Source: Candidatus Levyibacteriota bacterium (GTDB taxonomy: Bacteria; Patescibacteriota; Microgenomatia; Levybacterales; UBA12049). From it: 64,000 nucleotides of DNA. The stretch is taken from assembly GCA_027459725.1 (NCBI GenBank), contig DAIDHK010000007.1:261-64260 (forward strand), in the 5' to 3' direction. The notes below the pieces were generated by a model, which did not search any database, was not told the DNA's origin, and saw only the letters and a program-made list of their open reading frames with translations. Of the stretch, positions 38,220 through 47,011 are shown piece by piece; position 1 is the stretch's first letter, and every line of letters begins with the position of its first letter. The position numbers were made by a program, and so were the translations under genes.

Positions 38220-40397
38220 ATGCAAAACAATTCATCTCTTTCTGTGAGTTTACAAAAAATCGCTGTAGTAATAATGGGTATTGCTCTCTTGGTGTTACCT
38301 ATTCTTTATACCTCATTAACAACTGACCCATTCACCTTACCAAAGCAAATTGTGATTGCTGTCGCTGCTGCCGTAGCAGTTATTGTTTATGGAATATCTA
38401 TGATTGCGGACCGTAAAATGTTTTTCCGTGGTACACCTTTTGATATAGCAGTTTTGTTATTCATAATCGTTGCTTTCGCTTCAGCTGTCTTCGCTGTTAA
38501 TAGAATCGATAGTTTGACCTCTTTCTTCCCACTTCTATTTGCAGTGTTGTTTTATTTTAGTATTACTAATCTCGTCAAGAAAGAAAACGATATAGTATTT
38601 CTGGTTAGTGCGCTAGTTATTGGAGCTTTGGTGAGCACGCTCTTATCTGTTTTTCAGTTCTTTAACATTTATTTACTCCCTTTTGCAGACACTCATTCTC
38701 AGGGTTTCACTACATATGGGTCTTTCTTAGATCAAGCCATCTACCTGGCTATTGTATTACCTCTAGCTTCTTATTTAGCTTTTCCTCTTTTTCAAAGTAA
38801 TGGTATTCTAGCCAATAAAAGGACCTTATTAATGCACCGCGATGGTAGCTCTGGGCAGATGAGCAGAGCAATTGTATTCGCATTTGCTGCGTTCGTATTG
38901 CTAATCGGCTTGCTGATCACCTTATTTGAATTATTCACGACTCAAAAGCCATTAATTTTACCTTTTGCTACCGGATTTCAGACGGCCTTTGCTTCTATCT
39001 CTCAAGATACTACTCTCTTAAAGAGTTTCTTGCTGGGTAGTGGATTTGGCACCTATCTGACTGATTTCACTCGTTTCAAATCAGCCTCCTACAATATGGA
39101 CCAAACACTATGGTCAGTCACCTTTGTGCGCTCAACCAGTTTCTTTCTGGAGTTAATTGCCACTACTGGATTCTTGGGAGCTTTATCTTTCTTATTCTTA
39201 GTTTATAGAGTAATTAAACAAAAAGTATTCTTCTTACCCCTGGTTATAGCTTTACTAGCTGCGTTCTTATTACCATTCTCTCCTGTCATCGTTACCTTGT
39301 TGTTTGTCATCTTAGGTATCTTCGCGAGTTTGTTGGCCCTACATCATCCTAATAAATTTCCAACCTTTGAGTTTCACTTTGTCGCCTTCAATCAGGGTTT
39401 GGTTAATGCCACGCAAGAAGGTAGTACCTCACGTCAGCATTCCAGCCGCTTCCTACCAAGTGTAGTATTCATAATTATCCTAGCTTTAGTAGGCATAGTA
39501 GGCTACTTTACATTTGAATACTTACAATCAGATATGGTCTTTGAACAATCTTTAGTCGCAGCAAGAGAGAATAAGGCCCAAGACACCTATGACTTACAAA
39601 GACAAGCCATCAGTATTTTCCCATATCGAGATTTGTACTACACAGTCTTCTCGCAAACTAATCTAGCATTGGCAAATTCTCTAGCTGCCAGCCAACCGAA
39701 GAACAAAAAACCAGATACAACAGTACAAAATACCATCTTACAGTTGATTCAACAATCTATCACAGCGGGCCGTGCAGCTGTAAGTGTGGCTCCGGAGACA
39801 GCATCTGACTGGAACAATCTGTCTTCCATCTACCGCAGTCTGATCGGCTTCGGTCAGAACGCTGATGCTTACGCTATTGCTACTGCTCAACAAGCTATAG
39901 CTTTGGACCCTAAAAACCCACAACAGTATATAAACTTGGGCGGCATCTATTATCAGCTGGGTCAGTGGGATAATGCTATAACTCAATTTACCTATGCCTG
40001 GAATGCTAAATCTGACTATGCCAATGCATACTATAATTTAGGTCACGCTTATGAAGCTAAAGGAGACTTGAACAATGCTTTGCAAGCTTTTCAGGTCGTA
40101 CAACAGTTAGTTGCTGGTAACAAAGCCAATAGTGATAAGATTAGCGCTGAAATTAAGGCATTACAAAATAAAATAAACTCTCAAAGTCAAGGTAATTCTT
40201 CTAACTCAGCTACTAACAATCAACAAGCCGGTTCTAACGCAAGTAATCAGCAATTAAAGGTAAGTACACCTCCAGCTACTTTACCAAAGATCAGTCCAAA
40301 AGCTGAAATTCCCGGCCCATCTGTCTCACCTGTTCCATCCAATCCATTACCATCAACAGCTCCTAAGACGACTTCTACAGTCACCCCAAAACCATAA
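38220..40397 (+). CDS. Polytopic membrane protein of the O-antigen ligase/Wzy_C family with C-terminal TPR repeats and a P/S/T-rich tail
   Basis: About 12 TM helices with a Wzy_C-like periplasmic loop (GSGFGTYLTDF). TPR units (AYAIATAQQAIALDPKNPQQYINLGGIYYQLGQWDNAITQF..., ANAYYNLGHAYEAKGDLNNALQAF). Tail PPATLPKISPKAEIPGPSVSPVPSNPLPSTAPKTTSTVTPKP. Confidence 0.65.
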   Translation: MQNNSSLSVSLQKIAVVIMGIALLVLPILYTSLTTDPFTLPKQIVIAVAAAVAVIVYGISMIADRKMFFRGTPFDIAVLLFIIVAFASAVFAVNRIDSLTSFFPLLFAVLFYFSITNLVKKENDIVFLVSALVIGALVSTLLSVFQFFNIYLLPFADTHSQGFTTYGSFLDQAIYLAIVLPLASYLAFPLFQSNGILANKRTLLMHRDGSSGQMSRAIVFAFAAFVLLIGLLITLFELFTTQKPLILPFATGFQTAFASISQDTTLLKSFLLGSGFGTYLTDFTRFKSASYNMDQTLWSVTFVRSTSFFLELIATTGFLGALSFLFLVYRVIKQKVFFLPLVIALLAAFLLPFSPVIVTLLFVILGIFASLLALHHPNKFPTFEFHFVAFNQGLVNATQEGSTSRQHSSRFLPSVVFIIILALVGIVGYFTFEYLQSDMVFEQSLVAARENKAQDTYDLQRQAISIFPYRDLYYTVFSQTNLALANSLAASQPKNKKPDTTVQNTILQLIQQSITAGRAAVSVAPETASDWNNLSSIYRSLIGFGQNADAYAIATAQQAIALDPKNPQQYINLGGIYYQLGQWDNAITQFTYAWNAKSDYANAYYNLGHAYEAKGDLNNALQAFQVVQQLVAGNKANSDKISAEIKALQNKINSQSQGNSSNSATNNQQAGSNASNQQLKVSTPPATLPKISPKAEIPGPSVSPVPSNPLPSTAPKTTSTVTPKP

Positions 40398-40554
40398 GCG
40401 GTAAATAATACTATCATTGTTTAGTAAGCTAGTTAACTCCGTCGAATATTTTGCTCTATCTTATTACTCCCTATGATACTGTTTTGTATTAACCACTAAC
40501 CTATTATTCTTTTTATTTCTTATAATAAGGTATAATAATAAAGTTATATTTAAT

Positions 40555-40628
40555 GGGCCTATGGTTGAACGGTACAACACTGCATTCGCATTGCAGAAGT
40601 CCGGGTTCAATTCCCGGTAGGTCCACCA
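40555..40628 (+). tRNA. tRNA-Ala (anticodon CGC), CCA encoded
   Basis: GGGCCTATGGTTGAACGGTACAAC...CTGCATTCGCATTGCAG...CCGGGTTCAATTCCCGGTAGGTCCACCA; the G3:U70 identity pair is present. Confidence 0.8.
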
Positions 40629-40706
40629 GCGAGGTTAAATAACTAAAGGACAAATTAGATCTAGTCGAATAATCAGATTTTCGCTATAATTTAGATCGCA
40701 TAAGCC

Positions 40707-40777
40707 GGGCCCGTGGTATACCGGTAACACATTTCTATGGCATAGAAAAGTAGGGAGTTCGATTCTCCTCGGGTCCA
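40707..40777 (+). tRNA. tRNA-Ala (anticodon GGC)
   Basis: Acceptor GGGCCCG/CGGGTCC with G3:U70; anticodon stem TTTCT/AGAAA with loop ATGGCAT; T-arm GGGAGTTCGATTCTCCT. One mismatch in the D-stem; CCA is not encoded. Confidence 0.65.
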
Positions 40778-40916
40778 CAAGAAGAAAATAGGATTAATAT
40801 ATTAAGTAGAATGGAGATCGATCAAAATCTACCTGGTCTGAACCACAGCAGCTTCCCCTATATCATTTGTAGACTTACTTAAATGGTTATATATCTCATC
40901 TAAATGCAAACTAGAT

Positions 40917-42083
40917 CTATAGAGGTCCACCACCACCACCTATATACGGTATAGGGTCAACTAAAACTCCATTACGCTTAATTTCAAAATGACAGTGCGG
41001 ACCAGTTGTGTGCCCGGTTACGCCAACGTAACCTACAATTGATTGACCACCTACCATCTGCTCCCCTACATGTACAGGAACAACTGACATATGGGCATAA
41101 TGCGTCATATATCCATCACCATCATCTATCCAGACGTTATTGCCAAATCCCCAATCCCAGGTTCCCACACTAACATAACTTACAGTTCCACTATGAGCAG
41201 CATAAATAGGCGTACCAATCGGCGAGGTAATATCCAAAGCCATATGATACCATGAAGCATATTGTGAAATTTTTCCGCCGGGTAAGGGGAAGAACCATCC
41301 ACCAGAAGCAACAGGAATCGGTCCACTGTAAGTACTCGCTCCAGAAGGTCCTCCAGAGGCTTCAGGAGTAGCTACAATTTTACCATTCGGTACATACAGT
41401 ATCTCTCCAACAACTAGAGTAAAAGTCTCTGGATCTGCAAAAGTATTGAAGGGAAAATCAACAATTCCCTGCGGATCAGTCTTGTACTTTTTCGCAATCG
41501 AATAGATCGTATCACCTGACTGTACTTTGTAGGCAACACCCGTAACCGGCAAAATCTTTAACTGATCTCCCACTGAGAGACTATCACTAGTTAAATCATT
41601 AGCCCAACGGATAGTATCTTCCGATATACCAAAAGTTTTAGCTATGGAAGATAGAGTATCACCTTTCTGTACTGTGTAAGTAATAATTGAATCGCGAGGT
41701 TTTTGAGCAATTTGCGTATTAAAGACAGTATCTCCAACATTGATGGACTGCTGTTGTGCACTGGCATTAGCATTAAGCTGGTTAGCTTGAGCTGAAGCAA
41801 ACAAAGGAAAAGTCTCCTGTAAGTATGGTGTAATTAACACACCTACTACTAAGACCATCACAGTACTCACATGCAGGAATAAACGATTATATCTACCGCG
41901 TTTAGTTAAAAATAACTTAACTAAGCGGTTTTTTTTGCGTTCAAACCAGTATGAAGTACTAAGTGTACGCTTCTTACTATAGAAAAAAAGGAAATTTGCA
42001 AATGTGCTAAACTCGTGTATTTCAGCACGGCAACGTTTCCCAAACCCAGCTAAAAATGAGTGCATAGATCGGCTGGAGGACAA
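40917..42083 (-). CDS. Cell-wall hydrolase: LysM(x2)-M23 family metallopeptidase, membrane anchored
   Basis: Two LysM motifs (TVQKGDTLSSIAKTFGIS..., YKVQSGDTIYSIAKKYKT) and an M23 catalytic region HMALDITSPIGTPIYAAHSGTV...GPHCHFEIKRNG. The start may be an internal Met. Confidence 0.88.
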   Translation of the reverse strand: MSSSRSMHSFLAGFGKRCRAEIHEFSTFANFLFFYSKKRTLSTSYWFERKKNRLVKLFLTKRGRYNRLFLHVSTVMVLVVGVLITPYLQETFPLFASAQANQLNANASAQQQSINVGDTVFNTQIAQKPRDSIITYTVQKGDTLSSIAKTFGISEDTIRWANDLTSDSLSVGDQLKILPVTGVAYKVQSGDTIYSIAKKYKTDPQGIVDFPFNTFADPETFTLVVGEILYVPNGKIVATPEASGGPSGASTYSGPIPVASGGWFFPLPGGKISQYASWYHMALDITSPIGTPIYAAHSGTVSYVSVGTWDWGFGNNVWIDDGDGYMTHYAHMSVVPVHVGEQMVGGQSIVGYVGVTGHTTGPHCHFEIKRNGVLVDPIPYIGGGGGPL

Positions 42084-42754
42084 AAAAATAGTTCAAAATA
42101 AAAAACCCTGAATACAGATTCAAAGGCTGAGAAATGGATTTCAAACTACTTTATACTTCGTCCTGGAGCTATCAGCGTAACAAATTTAAGCGCAAAAGTC
42201 AAACTTATTACCCTAGTTCAAAAGCCCGAAAGCTAAAGTCATGACCTTGCGATAAAAAATGATCATGCTGCGATCTTGAGTGAAGTCACATACTTATCTC
42301 TATTGGTATATAGAAATGAATGTGGAGGAATATTAATATATTTAGTATACTATCTATTATACGCACTTTAGAGACTATATCTTCCTTCTAAACTCAATTA
42401 CACCTCTTTAATGTTTACTATACTACGCGCATAGTGAACATCATGGCGATCAACTGGAAGTTTTTTCTGATACGTTTTAAATAATGTATTAATTGCATAC
42501 TCTACAAATAACTCACCTCCATTCCCACTCAAAAACCTCTGAGTGTATTTTCTAAACTCGGACTGTACTAACTATATGAGACATCTAAATCTCTAACTGA
42601 AATCTAAAATTATACTCATAAAGTTAACTCTGTTATATAGGACTTGAGAATTAAATATAAAGATATGAGGATTAAATATCATAGCAATATCTAAATTAAA
42701 TCAAGCGGTTATAATAATCAAATTTATTTACATATTGCATATTTTTGTATATAG

Positions 42755-43063
42755 ATGTATAAAATTATTATATTTATGGAAAATCTTTTTAATGTTAATC
42801 AAGCAGCTTTTATCCTCAAAGTTCATCCATTAACTATCCGCCGATATATTAAAGAAGGCCGTCTGAAGGCAATCAGAGTGGGAGGTGCCGTGCGTATTAA
42901 AGAATCTCAACTGCAGGAATTTAATCGTGAGTTCACTCCTAAACAACCCAAGCAACCCAGCTCCCCTTTTCGTCTTAAACAGCTGACTGCCAAAGTTTTC
43001 ACAGAAGAAGATCCATTTTTACGCCTGAATGGAAGAGGAGCAAGCCTGGCATTGGGAAAATAG
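42755..43063 (+). CDS. Small excisionase/MerR-superfamily HTH (HTH_17-like) protein
   Basis: VNQAAFILKVHPLTIRRYIKEGRLKAIRVGGAVRIKESQLQEF; a paralog of 13518 and of the giant protein N-terminus. The start may be 42776. Confidence 0.65.
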   Translation: MYKIIIFMENLFNVNQAAFILKVHPLTIRRYIKEGRLKAIRVGGAVRIKESQLQEFNREFTPKQPKQPSSPFRLKQLTAKVFTEEDPFLRLNGRGASLALGK

Positions 43064-43133
43064 CGTAAGTTATCAGTGAAGAAATATGAAAAAAGGAATA
43101 CGATTTTTGTACTTATTACTCAAATCATAATAT

Positions 43134-43559
43134 ATGGCCACATTAAGTAAAAAAGTATTATTAGCCCCAGATAGCATTATTTCTTTTATTGATCGTGCAC
43201 ATGATAAACATGACCAGGCCGCAGCTTTTTTCCGTTTCTTCGCCCAAAATCAGTATCAACTATACATGGATACGCTGACTTTAAACAGAGTATATGAATA
43301 CTTATTTAAGAACATCAGTCCTAGCCTAGCTAAGGACTTTATTCGCACTATCTCTCTAAGTGAAATCAACATGTTATATACTGATGAAAATGACTTTAAA
43401 GCTGCTCTTAAGACTCTACTAATATATCCAAATACGGACTTGTCATTTCCTTTGGCCATGTTAGCTACTCTGGCTAATAGAAGAAATATTCCTCAAGTCT
43501 GTACATTTGTTTACTTCCCTAACCTTTTTGCCCTGCAGACATTTTTCCTGCCAATATAA
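43134..43559 (+). CDS. Hypothetical protein, possibly PIN-like (weak)
   Basis: The N-terminal KKVLLAPDSIISFID resembles the PIN first-strand acidic motif and the size (141 aa) fits. It is adjacent to the small HTH gene. No firm motif match. Confidence 0.3.
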   Translation: MATLSKKVLLAPDSIISFIDRAHDKHDQAAAFFRFFAQNQYQLYMDTLTLNRVYEYLFKNISPSLAKDFIRTISLSEINMLYTDENDFKAALKTLLIYPNTDLSFPLAMLATLANRRNIPQVCTFVYFPNLFALQTFFLPI

Positions 43560-43714
43560 ATAACAGAAGGAAAGTGAGTGTTTACTTTGATATTTTGCTT
43601 TCTTCATTTCACACAAAACCTTATCAGAAATAGATGCATTATGATACTTAAAGTTATATTACTATAAATATTGATATATATCCCAACTGGTTTCAGAGTG
43701 CCTAAAAAATAGGA

Positions 43715-45103
43715 TTATGATTTGCCTAGACTATCGAGGAATGCTTCATTGTTCTCCGTCGATGCCAATTTCTCTACCAAAATGCTGGTTCGCTCTTCAG
43801 GCCCAAGCATATCCATCATACGACGCATTGTGGTAATTTTCTTGTAAGTCTCCTCCGATAATAATAGATGTTCCTGACGCGTACCCGAACGTTCAATATT
43901 AATAGCAGGATAGATACGACGTTCTGCCAAACGACGATCCAAATGCAACTCCATATTGCCTGTCCCCTTGAACTCTTCGTAGATCAAATCGTCCATTCTA
44001 GAGCCGGTTTCAACTAAAGCTGTACCAATGATAGTCAAAGATCCACCCTCCTGACAGTTACGAGCTGCACCAAAGAACCTTTTAGCTGGCCATAAGGCAG
44101 CGGGATCAAATCCGCCTGATAAAGTGCGCCCACTAGGAGCAACAGATAAATTGTAAGCGCGAGCCAATCTAGTAATTGAGTCAAGCAAGATTACAACATC
44201 AATACCCATTTCTACCAATCTTTTAGCACGATCTAACGTAATTTCAGCTACTCTGGTCTGATTTTCTGGCGGTTCATCAAAATTGGAAGCAATCACATCA
44301 CCTTTTACTGACATACTGATATCCGTCACTTCCTCGGGTCGCTCACCAATTAAAGCTGCCATCAAATGGACATTAGGGAAATTAGCAGAGATGCCGGCAG
44401 CGATTTCTTTTATAATAGTAGTCTTTCCTGCCTTAGGAGGAGAGACAATCATACCACGTTGGCCAAAACCTATTGGAGCTACCAGGTCAATTATACGGGT
44501 AGAAATTGGTTTTTTACCAGTAGCTAAGATAATCTGGGATTTGGGATAAACGGCTGTCAAATCATCAAAAATTGGTCTACGTGCCTGATTATCTGCAGAC
44601 ACTCCATTGACCTTTTCTACTTTTAACAAACCATAATAGCGCTCAGCATCCTTGGGTGGACGAGCCAGACCTTCGACCAGATCGCCGGGTCTTAACATAA
44701 AACGTCTGATTTGAGACTGTGAGATATAGATATCACGACTAGATGGAATGAACTTTGGACGCAAAAAACCATGTCCTTCCTGTTGCACATCAAGATAACC
44801 CTGTACTGTTTCAGTTGGAGTAGCAGCTGGATTATTATATTGTCCTCCTACCATATGTCCACCAGAAGAGCGATGAAAACCATTTCCATTACTATTGTAA
44901 TGTTCTCCACCATTATCGCTCTGTTGAGCTGGATTTTGAATCTTGGGAGAAGGAGCACTAACAACGGGTGTCACTTTGACTTCTTCTACAGGTATAACTG
45001 GGACGTCTACTGTCTTTGCAATTGGAGTTTTGGACTTGGGACTTGCTTTTGGAGGCTGTCCTACAAAGTCATCTGCGCTATTTAGTTTTTTTCTATATGC
45101 CAT
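43715..45103 (-). CDS. rho: Transcription termination factor Rho, with an extended low-complexity N-terminal region
   Basis: The GQRGMIVSPPKAGKTTIIKEIAAGI Walker A block and a RecA-like core conserved to the C-terminus. The N-terminal ~120 aa are K/P-rich then N/G/Q/H-rich (GEHYNSNGNGFHRSSGGHMVGGQYNN). Confidence 0.93.
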   Translation of the reverse strand: MAYRKKLNSADDFVGQPPKASPKSKTPIAKTVDVPVIPVEEVKVTPVVSAPSPKIQNPAQQSDNGGEHYNSNGNGFHRSSGGHMVGGQYNNPAATPTETVQGYLDVQQEGHGFLRPKFIPSSRDIYISQSQIRRFMLRPGDLVEGLARPPKDAERYYGLLKVEKVNGVSADNQARRPIFDDLTAVYPKSQIILATGKKPISTRIIDLVAPIGFGQRGMIVSPPKAGKTTIIKEIAAGISANFPNVHLMAALIGERPEEVTDISMSVKGDVIASNFDEPPENQTRVAEITLDRAKRLVEMGIDVVILLDSITRLARAYNLSVAPSGRTLSGGFDPAALWPAKRFFGAARNCQEGGSLTIIGTALVETGSRMDDLIYEEFKGTGNMELHLDRRLAERRIYPAINIERSGTRQEHLLLSEETYKKITTMRRMMDMLGPEERTSILVEKLASTENNEAFLDSLGKS

Positions 45104-45343
45104 AGGAATTAAGTTTGATAAATTATGTTACAAGATCACGGAAAGTTAAAAATTAAATGAACATGACTGGAATAAAATAATTACTGAAGACTCTCGTGTA
45201 TCGATGCTATTACACCATACCTAGCCCGATTTGTCAAGTCGGAAATTGAAAAAGAGCTTAAAGAGCTCCCCTACCCGATGAAAAATTCTTTGGTTAATTT
45301 GACAAAACGATACTTCTCTGCTAACCTGCTACGAGATAAATAT

Positions 45344-46117
45344 ATGAAGTTGGCATATCTTATAGCTATAGCAGCCCTGCTACTAATTAACCTCACCACC
45401 AAACCAGTTTTTGCGGCCGGTAGTTGTCAAAATATATATAATGGAGGTACCGTTTGTAATCAAACTAACGGAAGTTTAACTATTGAGAAAACTGTACTTA
45501 ATCCTATCAACAAACAATACACCAATAATTTACGTCAGGATCAATATGTCTTCTTGCAAGGACAAACTCTTAGCTTCCACCTCAAACTTAGCAATACAAG
45601 CAAGTCAGGTGTTTCTAATATCACCATCACAGATCCATTACCGGTTAATTTGGATTTCACCGGTGGAGATGGAACCTTTGACAGCTCCAAGCACATTCTA
45701 ACAATTAAGCTTAACCAGTTGGCGCCCAACTCCAGCCAAACATATAACTATCAAACCACAGTGAATAATTCAGCAATCCCCGGGAGTCAAGTAGACGCAT
45801 GTTTACTCAATACTGTTAGTGTCTCAACTACCAGTTTTTTCTTCTTTACCAGTTTACAAAGCCAAAGTTCAGCATCGTTTTGTATAAGTTCACAACAGGC
45901 ACAAAGTAACTCTACCGGGGGGTCCAATAATAATCTACCCACATCCACCAACAATGCTAATCCTACACCTACACCTGTAGTCTTGGGTCATAAACCTACA
46001 GTTTATACTGCTCCTAAGACCAAACAGACCCCACCTACCGGACCTGAAGCCGCCAGCTTGGTTGTCTTACCTTTATTTGCATTTATAGGTAGAAAGCTGC
46101 AACAGAAGGCTAAATGA
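45344..46117 (+). CDS. Surface protein with DUF11-like conserved-repeat N-domain and C-terminal sortase sorting signal (TPPTG + TM + basic tail)
   Basis: Signal peptide MKLAYLIAIAALLLINLTTKPVFAAGSC, then CQNIYNGGTVCNQTNGSLTIEKTVLNP; C-terminus KTKQTPPTGPEAASLVVLPLFAFIGRKLQQKAK. Confidence 0.7.
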   Translation: MKLAYLIAIAALLLINLTTKPVFAAGSCQNIYNGGTVCNQTNGSLTIEKTVLNPINKQYTNNLRQDQYVFLQGQTLSFHLKLSNTSKSGVSNITITDPLPVNLDFTGGDGTFDSSKHILTIKLNQLAPNSSQTYNYQTTVNNSAIPGSQVDACLLNTVSVSTTSFFFFTSLQSQSSASFCISSQQAQSNSTGGSNNNLPTSTNNANPTPTPVVLGHKPTVYTAPKTKQTPPTGPEAASLVVLPLFAFIGRKLQQKAK

Positions 46118-46227
46118 AAAAATCACAGGTTGTCAAGTTGACATAAAAGCATCTTCTGATAGAATAGGGTCTCTTCTGCCGAAACATTTGTTGAAATCGT
46201 CTGCTTTTGCTTCTGCCTTAGTAATTT

Positions 46228-46980
46228 ATGAACGATACAAATCAAAAAGTTTCTATTATCCTGCCAGTATATAATGCTCAGGACAACTTAGCAGCCTGTT
46301 TGGACAGCTTGCTCGAGCAGACATATACTGACTTTCAAATTATCGCTGTTGACGACAACTCGAAAGACAAATCCTACGATATACTTCAGGTTTACAAAAA
46401 GCTTGACAAACGCATTCAAATTTATCGAAATGTTAAAACCTATGGCAAAAGTATTACGCTTAACCGTGGACTTACGCACGTTTCCGGCAAATATGTTATA
46501 TTTATGAATACTTCTGACACAGTTACCAAAGATAAAGTAAGAAAGCAAGTTCAATTCTTAGAAGAAAACCCCAAAGTAGTTGCGGTGGGTACACAATGTA
46601 CTTATCTTAATGACCAGCACAGGAGAATTGGTAAAAGCTACTTCCCAACCGAGGCTCATGTTATAAGTCGAACTCTTTTTACCGGCTTTGCCATCCATAA
46701 TGAATCTGTCATGATTAATAGATTTAAATTGCCTAAAGACTTTTTACATTTTTTGCCCGTCCCTAATAAGCGTTTTTCCTTCACTCCCCTATTTATCAAG
46801 TTACTTGGTTACGGTACTATTGCTAATTTTGATCAACAACTCCAGTATCATGTCAAACAGGAAGATCTTTTCTCATTGCAATCCGAACTTATCAGTTATA
46901 TCAAACTTTGGCTGCGAGCCCGCTTTGTCTACGACTTACGATTACCCATCCTTACTCTATTCTACCCACTGGTAAGATAA
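46228..46980 (+). CDS. Glycosyltransferase family 2
   Basis: VSIILPVYNAQDNLAACLDSLLEQTYTDFQIIAVDDNSKDKS, a canonical GT2 N-terminus with a DxD region. Confidence 0.85.
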   Translation: MNDTNQKVSIILPVYNAQDNLAACLDSLLEQTYTDFQIIAVDDNSKDKSYDILQVYKKLDKRIQIYRNVKTYGKSITLNRGLTHVSGKYVIFMNTSDTVTKDKVRKQVQFLEENPKVVAVGTQCTYLNDQHRRIGKSYFPTEAHVISRTLFTGFAIHNESVMINRFKLPKDFLHFLPVPNKRFSFTPLFIKLLGYGTIANFDQQLQYHVKQEDLFSLQSELISYIKLWLRARFVYDLRLPILTLFYPLVR

Positions 46981-47011
46981 ATCTATTAAAAAAGACCTAA
47001 AATACAAGATG

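Noticed and set aside
38132-38326. 64-aa ORF overlapping the end of giant gene 2 and the start of the Wzy_C gene
   Set aside because: It overlaps two well-supported genes in a different frame. AT-rich and low complexity.
42100-42300. Possible tRNA/ncRNA in the long 42.1-42.75 kb intergenic region
   Set aside because: I could not fold any segment into a cloverleaf or find conserved SRP, tmRNA or RNase P motifs (e.g. no GGUUCGAAUCC or AGGAAAGUCCGGGC). It is kept only as a low-interest finding.
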